DNA from: Octopus vulgaris
Lineage: Eukaryota
Length of the DNA stretch: 64,000 nt
Assembly: GCA_951406725.2 (NCBI GenBank)
Contig: OX597817.1
Coordinates: forward strand, 159,278,001-159,342,000
Direction: 5' to 3'
Positions within the stretch are counted from its first letter, which is position 1, and every line of letters starts with the position of its first letter. The position numbers were made by a program, and so were the translations under genes. The notes below the pieces were generated by a model. It ran no database searches, was not told where the DNA came from, and was given only the letters and a program-made list of their open reading frames with translations. Shown one piece after another: positions 53,104 to 64,000 of this stretch.

Positions 53104-54898
53104 AAGAGTGTGAGAGCAATAAAGAGGGAGTAAAAGAGAGAAAAACATAGAGAGGGGTACTTGGTGATACCCTGGTTACAAGTGTCCCACGTTGCCTCAG
53201 TCTAGCGTCACCACATACAAACCCTCGTCTCTATGTATTTGCGCACAGACAGACAAGGTTATACACAAATACACACGCACACACATGTATATATGTTAGC
53301 ATAGCTGTCTGTGTAGACTCAGGTCTTCATGTGTATGTGTGTGGTAGGGAGATCCGTCTGATCGCCTCCCTTCCCCCGTCTCTTGCTCGACATAAACCAC
53401 TCGTCCCTCGTACATAGTTGGAAGTCCTTTACAGATTGTCGTCTCCTCTTCACATTCCTCCATCCACCCAGCTGAACCAACCAGACAAACCAAACGAGAT
53501 TATCTCAACAACAACAACAAACCAACAAACAGCCAACCGACAACGTCAAGAACACAAACACCATAGTCATCACTTTATAATACATACATACATATATATA
53601 TATATGTGTGTGTGTGTTTAAATTTTATTACATGAAAAACTTGGGGATGGTGGAATTTTGGAAAAGTCACTCACTCTTTTGACAAACCTTGGCAATCTTA
53701 AAGCTGAAGGAGTTTCCCCCCAGCTTTCTTTCTCTTTCTGACTTCTTCACTTCACTCACTTCTCCTACAATCAGGGGTCGTTGAAATTTGCTGTTTCATA
53801 TATATATCAGGGTGGAGGTACCCGTCATAAAAAAAAAACAGCATACCATCATCACCATCCGTTAAAAAAAAAAGAAAGAAAACAACAAAACTGACACCCA
53901 GTGCTTGTTTATGGCTTCGGTGGAGAGGTTGTTTGTGTGCTATTCTCCTCACCCGCCTCCTACTCCTGCTCCTCCTCCTCCGCCACCGCCTCTATCATCA
54001 TTATTATCATCACCATCATCATCATCAATATTATCCATATGCGTTGTCTTCCTTTCCTTTCTTCTTTCTCACTGATCTCGTGTGTATGTGGGAGAGAGAC
54101 AGAAAAACAGCATTACTTCGCCATAATATACACACACTGCAACATTGAAATCGGATTTACACATAGTTATTATTATTGTTGTTGTTGTTATTATTATTAA
54201 TATTAATATTATAACAGATCTTTCTGACCTCTAACAGAAAATAAGAACAATATCAACAACAAAATCTTTTTTTTTTAAGTTGAATACAAGTGGCTCTCTT
54301 TTTTATGTATTTATAATAATTAAAAAAGAAAAAAAACCCAACAAATTATTTTAACGTTAACACAGGATTACAAGGAGATTGTTATTATCATTAATATTAC
54401 TAATTAATTTAATTGGTTTATCTTTTTTATTTTTTTATGATTCCTTGTCCTTTTTGGATTGGAAAAAAAAAAGAAAACAAAAACGGAACGGAAACTTGTT
54501 TTAAATTGTATAATGTGAGGAGCGAACCCTTGTCTCTTGTTGACAGTAAGAAGTAATTCACGGGAGATATATATATATATATAAACATACAATAACAAGA
54601 AACATAAGACCACCACAGCAGAGTCCACCTTACACCCCTCTACTTTTTTCTCCCCTTCCCCTCCAATGATGTATCGACAGAATAAGTATTTGTCAATGTT
54701 TGGATTGCGCCTGTTTTTACTTCACCTACCCTACAGGGTGCGAAGCGGGTATGTTGTGGTATAGGTCTTGTGAATGAGAAAGAAAAAAAAAAAAACAAAC
54801 TCGCCAACGTCAATAACTGCTGGCGAATTATTATTATTATTATTATTAATAATAATAATAGTAGTTACTATTATTATTTCTTCCTTTAACTTGATAAT

Positions 54899-54982
54899 AT
54901 GGCATCGAGTAAAAAGAACACCAACCATCGTATGGAGGATAGCAGTGATGTCGTGAAGACTGGTTACTTAAAGAAGTTGAAG
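54899..54982 (+). CDS. IRS: First coding exon of an insulin receptor substrate (IRS/chico-like) gene: start of the PH domain
   Basis: MASSKKNTNHRMEDSSDVVKTGYLKKLK resembles (from memory) human IRS1 ..DVRKVGYLRKPK and Drosophila Chico ..SGYLKKLK. Strong Kozak context (aatATGG), in-frame TAA at 54887, phase-0 donor AAG|GTAGGT at 54983. Downstream exons not found in the window. Confidence 0.75.
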
Positions 54983-55063
54983 GTAGGTGCTTGCTTTGCC
55001 TTTATATTTCTTGTGTATCTGTATATTTTGGTGTTGTTGTATTGTACTGTGTGTGTGCGTGTG

Positions 55064-55111
<48 letters not shown>

Positions 55112-55259
55112 CATATATGTATATATACTGGTTGGGGTAAATGTTGGCTAGAGTGTTATTTATATATGTATAAATATGTAAGTGGGTGTACATGTGTTGT
55201 ATTTAGGTACACGTATATAGAGGTTAACTAGGGACTTGTTTATGTGTGTAATATTAATC

Positions 55260-55339
55260 TGAGTTGACTGGGACTTCTAAGTTTCGTCTTATCGTCGTAA
55301 AACCAATAGAGAAGAAACTTAAAGTCCTTAGTCAACTCA
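55260..55339 (+). other. 80-nt intronic stem-loop, pre-miRNA-like or a palindromic relic
   Basis: TGAGTTGACTGGGACTTCTAAGTTTC pairs with GAAACTTAAAGTCCTTAGTCAACTCA; ~31-bp stem, ~13-nt loop. Confidence 0.5.
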
Positions 55340-56165
55340 AAATAATTAATAAATTCGTTTCTTACTAAATGTTTTGTTTTCTGTACATGAACACACAGAT
55401 ATTTAAGTTAATAGTGATACTTAGTTAGTGATACTGATTATGTAATGTAATGTAATATATATACATATATATACACACGCACACACCTGAATTAGGAACG
55501 AGGGGTATATGATACAGATGTATTTGCTTGTTACACACATACCCTGTCGTATTCTGATACACAACAGCCAGACATCGAAGGTAGTAAGGTGGTGTAAAGT
55601 TTGAATGTACGTATCCAGTGATTACGATGTGTGTATGTGTGCGCGCAAGAGCATATATATATATATATATATATATACGCACACACACTCCACTACACCT
55701 GTGATTAATTACGTACATATACCTACATGGTTTGTGGGGCTAGAAAGCGTGTTTATATATGTATATGTTTATATACACACACGATCTGATCTGTATATAA
55801 TGGTTGATGGCAATAGATATTGCCTCGAGTGAAGCCATAGGATGTATTATATAACTAATACAGTGACCGACTTGAATATGCACTGCCCCGTGTATGGTCC
55901 CTTAATGTTTATATAATGTCTGGTGGCGCTGTACTAAGCGTAGAGTATATATACTACGTTGTATACATGTCTGACAGAGCATGTAGACAGTGCTGGTAGG
56001 GTTACAGAGTGTATATATGAGCTGTTATTGGCGGGACTATCGAGTGGTAACTAATGCGAATATAGTGTAATGGGTTTTATTGTCTGCAGGGGTCACAGGT
56101 GTTTATTATTGTGACGAGGTTACAGAGTGTGTAAACATGTACGTATAAATGTGCGTGCGTGTGTG

Positions 56166-56225
<60 letters not shown>

Positions 56226-57059
56226 TCGAAGACAGTTCAGAGTAGAAAATAATGTAAGCATGTAGTATTTGTTAGATATCGTATATGCCTGTTTTGTGTA
56301 GGTTTTTTTTATTCCCTTTTTAAATCGTGTACTTCTGTGATTGCACAAATTCAATGTGGCATATATATAATTGTTTAGTGGGTTCATATAAGCCTAAATT
56401 GGAATATAAAACATGTATACTGGTGGTACGATAAGCTTTAATAATCAAATGTTAAAGTTTGTCTGGTGGCAGTGTTTCAGATACCTTGCTGTAAGTGTTT
56501 GGAATGCTATCCTTGAATATGTGGTGATATTTATAAAATATGTATGTACATACGTAAAAATATGTGTGTGTATATCTCTAGTGATGTGGTGCAATGCTCG
56601 TGTGTAGTGAGTATCAAGTAATGTAGTGTTAGTGATCATGGCATGTTGCGTGTAATTTACTATATCTGTGTGTTTATGTCCTACTATTGTTTATAACTGC
56701 GGAATGTTGTGTGAAATGTGACATGCGTTGTAATAGTGTGTTATACTATGTAGTAGGGTGGTAGTATTCAGGCATGTTTAATGTGTACGCTGCTATTATT
56801 ACTATTATTATTATTATTATTCTAAGTAGTGGTAGTAGTGTTTTTCATATAGTTTGTGTAGTAATTTGTGCTGTGCTGTCTGCACTGTGGCAGTGGTGGT
56901 GGTAGTACTGTGAGAGCAGACAACGTGCAAGGAGAAAGTGGCGGGGACCAGTTAGAAAGTCGGCAGTTCCAACTGACAGACATATTTTCACCGTAAACAC
57001 ATCGTAGCTGCTTTCTTCCATATTTGCAACAGTTGGTGTTTTTAGCAGCCAGCTTTTAC

Positions 57060-58075
57060 CCTTCTCCCTCTTTTGCTCGCTTCTCTCTCTCTCTCTCTCT
57101 CTCTTTATTTCATTCTCTCACCCTCTCTCTTCACTTCTCTGTCTATCGTTTTCTGTTTGTGTTCGTTCTCTTGTCTTGTATTCTTTCACTTGTTTGCCTT
57201 GTTTTTCGTGCATCATCTCTACCTCTACCCCTTCCTCCTCCTCTCTCTCTCTCTTAATACTCTTCTTCTTTCGTGTCCACCTCCTCCTCCCTCCCTCTCT
57301 ATTATTGTTTGTAATTCCACTACACTGTCTGTTCTACCCCCTCTCTCACTTCCATATGCATTTCTACCTTTCTTTTCCTCTTACTTACACGATTCTGTCT
57401 GCTTTAACCCTCCCTCTCATAAATTCTCTTATTTTTACCTTGCCTCCTCCTCTGACTGTCTGTTCTTTCTGTCTAATCAACATCATCCCACTCTTTCTGA
57501 ATATCTTGAGCTTCTCTTTCTCTCTTTCATAACCTTCTCTTCTCCTTCTCTCACTCTCCCTCTCATAACCTTGTCATTTCCCCTCCGCTCCAACCCTTCC
57601 ACTCTTAATTTGTTTACTTCAAATAACATTAATCTGTGTGGGTGTGTGTGTGTGTGTGAGACACTACTTCTCTCTCTCTCTTTCTGTTTATCTCTCACTC
57701 TGCTCTCTCTTTCTTGTTCTTTCATGTTTCTTATCTCTTTCTCCTTTTCTGTTTTCTCTGTCTTTTTAAGATCTCTTGCTCTATTTTACTATGTTTCTCA
57801 CCCTCTCTTCAACGTCTGCTTAGCTTTAAATGTCTATTCTTAATCTCTCTATCAGTGTCTATTATATCTACCTATCTCTCTCTATGTCTCTATTTTTCTG
57901 CTATCTACTCTCTCTCAGCTCACACTTCTATTACCTTTTTCTATCTTTCATAACTCCCCTTTTTCTACTTCCTCTCCTCCTTCTTAACATCACATCTAAC
58001 TCCCTGTTCTCCTCCTTTCTTAAATATCTCTACTCTCTATCTACCTATCTCTATCTTGGCTCATCTCCAAACCCC
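57060..58075 (+). repeat. ~1-kb pyrimidine-rich (CT) low-complexity tract in intron 1
   Basis: Direct reading. Confidence 0.85.
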
Positions 58076-58562
58076 AGTTACTTGTCGATTCCGTCATCAG
58101 ACTGTATTTTGGTTGTAAAGCAATAGACTGGCTTCCCCACCCAGGACACCACCGCATCTCCTGGGTTGCCGTTGTCCTTCACCTTCTGGAGAAGGGTAGC
58201 TTGCGGGTCGGAGGGGCGGAAGAGACGAGAGACGGCCTGACGAGGTGGGGGTAAGGGCGAGCCGTTCTTGCTTGTTATACGGCGGGGTGAGGCGGTAAGT
58301 GAGTGCGTGATGGATGGATAGATGGGTAGTGTGGCATTTTAGACTAACTGTTTAAGTGAGAGAGTGGGAGTTATGGTGTGTGTGTGTGCAGCGGAGAGAG
58401 AGAGAGAGAGAGAGAGAGTGACAGATAGAAGTAAGCTAGATGAGGGAGGGGGTGAGAACAGACTGTCAGCCAAGCTAACCTAACTATAGAACTTGTTTAT
58501 TTGGATCTGCTCGCAACTCACACCCGCCCCCACTTGGCGCGCACACATACATACACACTATA

Positions 58563-58607
<45 letters not shown>

Positions 58608-61600
58608 AATCCATATATGTACAGTTATATAGACATATATCTGAAACGGACGCATACACTTTTCTTTCTCTCTCAAGGTTTATTTTTCTTATTATAGCCA
58701 CATCACCATTATACTGCTGGGGTCTTTTTTTTTTGTTACAGCTCTTTCTGTTTATATTGTTGTATTTTCGTTTATTACGTATAAAATATGGTGATGGTGT
58801 TGATGTTTCGACTCGGGTCAGCCCTGATTGAACCGACCTTGTAACCAGAGACGTTTCTTCCATGGCCATCTCGTCTTTAAGACTCGACATTTATGTAATA
58901 TAATAATGGTGTGGTTTTGTTTTCGATGTGTGCTTATATGCATACGTTACAGGCACATAGTCTGTTATTTACGTGTTATGTAAATATGCATGTCTGTGTG
59001 TGTATTCGTATTGGTTACATGTTGGGGGTAATGTGGTGGCGTGTACTTGTGGCTGAGATTTTTGAGATATGTTGATTACATGGTCATGGTATTTACAAAC
59101 ATTGATGCTTGGTATGTGCGCTTGGCGGAAAGGTGTGTGTATATGTATGTGTGTTGATTCGATACATTTCTGAGCCATAGCGTATTTATCTACATTTGTT
59201 GTTCGGAATGTTACATGTGACTATAAAACTGTTACCCTGGTATGTATTTATTACACTTGTTGCAGATACACGCAATTACAGTGTTATTACGTAATAACTG
59301 TATACATGTGTATGTGTATATATATATATATATATATAATGTATATACACACGTGTGTGTATGGTTATCATAACAGCATTATAGCGGATACGTAAAACTT
59401 CTATGAAATATACGTAGGGTAATACACGCCTGCTATATGTGCGTGTAGGTACACATACCTGTGTATAGGTTACATAGCCGTGAGGCGATATATTTCGTGT
59501 GTGTGTGTGGTATATTTCATCACTTGTGTGTAAATGTAGGTGTACCCATACACATGTGATATCTACTTTTTATCTTAAGTGGTCCTAACTAGTAAAAGGT
59601 GGATGTAACTGAATTTAAAAACCCAGTCTTCGTTGGTGTGTGCGGTGAGTGCGCACACATCTATATTGAAATGTAGAGGAAGTGTATATAGCGCACCGTT
59701 TCCTTGTATCTGGTTACCAGTATTGTGATAGTGTCTCTTCAAATTTCCACACGTTCCGTGTGTGAATATGCCACACAAATACATACCCTTAAGTTTTTAA
59801 AGATGCGTCTATTAGTATTTGATATATTTTTGTACCACAGCTATTGTATATCTCCATAATATATAGGTGTATATGCATGCATTAATATTTTTGATGGGCA
59901 TGTCATGTTTATGTTTATTGTTTATAAAATGTTGAACCTTAGTTTTGCCCTTACTAAATATTGGTTGGAATATGGAACAAATTAATTTAAAGATTTTTCT
60001 TTTCTTTAGTAAACGCGACGACGCTCTTTCCTCTCTCTCTCTCCCTCACACAGGTAGTTTATATTACACGTAAAAAGAAGTTCATAAAAATATTCTTTAT
60101 CGTAATAACTTGTTTGTTGATATATTGGATTGTCTTCACATTGCGGGATTAAAAAGATAATATAAACTTCTATATATAAAAAAACAACTTTAATAGCATA
60201 TTCAAAAGGCCTGCTGAGGGACTTAACCCCAACGTAAAAGTACACTAGGGGATTAACAATGTATTATAATGCAGTATGTATATAAGGCTCTCAGTACTAA
60301 TCGGTATACATCTTATTTGTATGCTTCATACCTTATCAGTTACGTCCCTTTTATGTTCTTGCGTTCAAATTCTATCGGGGTCGATTCAGCTCTCCGTCCT
60401 TTTGCGGTCGATAACATAAATACACGGTTAAATGTGGGAGTGAGATCGATATAATCGACCGTATTCACTACCTGAATGTATAGTATAGCCGCGTGTTCAT
60501 GTTGGATATATCATCGTTATTATTAAAAGGGTGTAGGACTGCAGAAAGGGTAGTTACCAGGTTAATAACCCCGTGGTGCGTATGTAGTTAGTTGCGTTTT
60601 CAAATTCTGCTTTCATTCTTCCTAGACATCAATAAAACTAGTACCTGTCAAATGCTGAAATCGATTCTATCTACGCCTTTTTCCGAATTTGCGGCCCTGT
60701 GCTTATGCTAGAAATATATAGTGTGGATAAGCTTTCCATTTCGACACGTAAAATGGCCGATTACAAAATGAAAGTGTAAAATAACATCTTTAAAGCTTTC
60801 ATTTCTTAGAAAGCAATTATGGAAAAGTATTTACCAATAGTTTCTTGTTTATTCGTACTTATATATTTGTTCAAGAGTATACAGTGTAAAATTATACTCT
60901 TTGACTAAAGGCGTGTATGTATATGTTTGAGTTTATCACATTTAAATACTAATATACATTTTTTTTTCTGTCAAACCGTTTTACTTGGCAGTTGGCCATT
61001 TTATGTGCCTAAATCGAAAGATTGTTCTAGTGTGCGTTATATTTTACGTGTTTCTTCTAGCTCAAGATAAAAATTCTGCTCAGGAATTTAACTGCAACAA
61101 GCGCATTTTTAAATAACAAGTGGGTGTTCGTCTGTGTTTGCACCTTTGTACCTGACCGTCTATACATCTGCAAGTGTGCTTCATTGTGCTCTTGTACTTA
61201 TGTTATTGTCTGAGTCATAAGCAGAACCAATATGGAAACCTCTACGTTGTTACTCGACTTGCTAGAACTAACAGCCAAATCTCGCTCGAATCATACTCTG
61301 TCGTCTTAACCCTCTCTGACCTAGACCCTTGTGTCTAACTTTAGGCTCCTGAGGAAAAGAATAAATTGTTGCTTATACAGCTCAAGACTAACGTTTGCAG
61401 ACAAATTAGCGCACAGAATTAGCTGCATCTTTTTCTATATGTGTCGTTCATTACCAGGAATCTGGCAAAGATGAGGTTTAGCCTGTTCCCGCTATAGCAA
61501 GAACGCGGATGACAGGGTTTAAAGAAAGAATGAACATTGAATAAATTTGACTCAGACACTGCTTGAAACGCCAGTGTTATCACTGTTTATTGGTGCAGTA

Positions 61601-63681
61601 GACCCAATACGCCGCTCTCCAGTTTAACAGCACTATGTTAGCTAACCTCAGAGGTGTTTACTATGACAAACATTCGATCCAGACCGCCATTTCTTTTCTC
61701 GCCCACGTTTTCATTGACCTACAAATGTTCATCTGGGTTAATGGCGGTATTGGTCTCATCATTCTTGAAGAACCTGCGACGGTCATTTACATTGTTCTTC
61801 CACCCAAAAAAAGAAAAACTTCTATGAAGTGTGGTTAATTAACAAATTGTTTGAATATTACTTTATTAAAATCGAGTGTTGCTACTTGAGTGGATAAGGT
61901 AGTAAGAGGTCGGTGGTTCATATCTTGTCAGCAGCAATGCGTTGTGTCAAGGTCCAAAAATACTTATCTCTCAAATAGAATTAGTACCGGTGTATAGTAA
62001 CACTTCATTGTTCTTAACAGTGAGAGCAATAGGAAAGTGGTTCGATAGCTTGTTGGATTAAACTACTGTAGATATAGGGTGATCTCTATCATGTTGGAAT
62101 TAACAAATGACAAACGAGTACAACACTGCGTTCTGCTCTTGAGAATAAATATGTCATAAGCACCAAGCTTCTCCACGTCTATTTCCTTGCATTCTTTGGT
62201 CTCCATCAAGCTATATACAAATGGGAAAACCTCAGCTCGTGGAACTTTCGGAACGGCACGCTTAATCACATGAAGAAAATAACATGTATTAAAATCTTTT
62301 TAGATGTGTAGCCCACCTGATGATGAGTCATATCGTATGCAGCCCGCTTCTCGAAAACGGTGCCCCATGCCTGCTGTATAAGAAAGTAAACACTCTGAAT
62401 ACGGGTGGGTCTTTAGTTGTACTCTTTAGATCCTAATGGGTTAAATAACTACCCACAGTATTTTTTATCCATCACTTTGCAAGTGAAGGTTGCTGAATTT
62501 TTAACCTTTTAATCAGTCTTATTTGTCCAGTCTTATTTAATCAGTCTTATTTGGGCCCTCCACCCGCCCAATCTTATTGATAAACTTCCGTACCCTGATC
62601 CCTTAACTTAAAACCTTAAAACTCGTGTCGTAAGTTAGATATGCTTATCAAACCTGCGAACAGTTTAACACATTGTGCCAGTCACCTGATAAACAAAGGA
62701 TAATGCTAGACTTCAGTTATACCAGCAAAGGGAGAGGTAACAACCAGTGGACTTGATAGTAGAAATCCTACAGAGATAAGAGATTGTAAACAACATCAAG
62801 TCTTCGTAGATTGAAGTCAGTCATTCAAAATGATCTCGAAAGGTTATAAGAAAATATCGTGTTTGTGTGGGGCAGTGTTTCCTATTGAAGCCAATTATAT
62901 ATGTTGTTGAATTTGAAACAAAAACTTTCCTTGCAGGCCAAGTACAAGAAGCAAAACTCACTTGGGAGAGCAAGGTGCCACGTTGATTCATACACGGCAT
63001 TATAGCAATAAAACTATAACATGTACTAAATCGTACAGTAAATACAGGGATAATACACAGAATAACATAATTTCATGTGATAATACTTTAATATATAATA
63101 TAATAATGCATCATGAAACACGAGAATTAAACCACTATATTGAAGCACAACATGTTTCTATACACAGTTTCAATGGAGTAAGTTGAGTTCACTTGTGCGA
63201 GGGCTCTGAGGAAGAACTGATTTCGGTCTTGGTTCTCAGTGCTCAGATATATTTATCAGATTTTAGCTGAACCAAATGCCTATTCTTAGGGGTTTTGACC
63301 TGCTCATTTTTCTCTTTACACAACGGGTATAGCAAATCTTTCGTGGATTTATAAGTAGATCGTTAATGATTCAGGAGAGTAAGTGGCAAAATTCCATAAA
63401 ATTATTAGAACTTAGCTTTAATAGTATCTTTAAAATAGAAGGTTCTTGTGTTGAATTATGTATAACAGCTGTGAAATGCGATAATGTGGAAATGCTTCAC
63501 AATGTCATATGGCATAACAGTGGTATTCTGGACGTTGTGTTAGTATATAGTTATGAAATCTCTCAAAAGTTCCAACAAGGCACACGTATGCGCACACAAA
63601 AATCAGCAAACGGGAAATGCAAACAGATATGGGAATCAATTATCATAAAAACTCGTTGATAAAACATAGATTGGATAAGTT

Positions 63682-63844
63682 TGTGGCTGTGTGGTAAGTA
63701 GCTTGCTAACCAACCACATGGTTCTGGGTTCAGTCCCACTGCGTGGCATCTTGGGCAAGTGTCTTCTGCTATAGCCTCGGGACGACCAAAGCCTTGTGAG
63801 TGGATTTGGTAGACGGAAACTGAAAGAAGCCTGTCGTATATATG

Positions 63845-63875
<31 letters not shown>

Positions 63876-64000
63876 TTGTGTGTCTGTGTTTGTCCCCCTA
63901 GCATTGCTTGACAACCGATGCTGGTGTGTTTACGTCCCCGTTACTTAGCGGTTCGGCAAAAGAGACCGATAGAATAAGTACTGGGCTTACAAAAGAATAA
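63682..64000 (+). mobile_element. SINE family A, runs off the window end
   Basis: Consensus match. Confidence 0.9.

Noticed and set aside
54983-55231. Continuation of the 110-aa ORF with a hydrophobic 'TM' stretch
   Set aside because: Lies after a good splice donor and runs into (TG)n/(TA)n; intron read-through
57024-58126. Leu/Ser/Phe-rich ORFs up to 256 aa
   Set aside because: Product of a CT-rich low-complexity tract
62314-62362. CTGATGA-TGAG...CTC-GAAA hammerhead-like string
   Set aside because: No UH cleavage triplet or stem III and no associated pLTR context; may be chance or too decayed

Overview
AT-rich, microsatellite-saturated animal genomic DNA. From recollection, the SINE families and repeat texture match an Octopus (coleoid cephalopod) genome; this is not database-verified. 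Positions 1-46 kb are almost entirely repeats: three or more tRNA-derived SINE families, decayed LINEs (R4/Dong-like, CR1/L2-like, RTE-like), two decayed Penelope-like (PLE, Neptune-type) coding remnants, non-autonomous Helitrons, hAT remnants and TIR elements. Positions 46.5-60 kb are largely SINE-free. They contain the only convincing host exon: the first coding exon (54899-54982, +) of an insulin receptor substrate (IRS/chico-like) gene, whose intron 1 appears to run off the window. The most notable hidden structure is a diverse set of short (~200-360 bp) non-coding elements carrying minimal hammerhead-ribozyme (HHR) motifs. Most abut (TA)n tracts, and they account for most of the long fold-back palindromes in the window. 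One looks like an exact 356-nt circularly permuted monomer (retrozyme-like or non-autonomous PLE). Nearly all ORFs in the supplied track are microsatellite or SINE artefacts.
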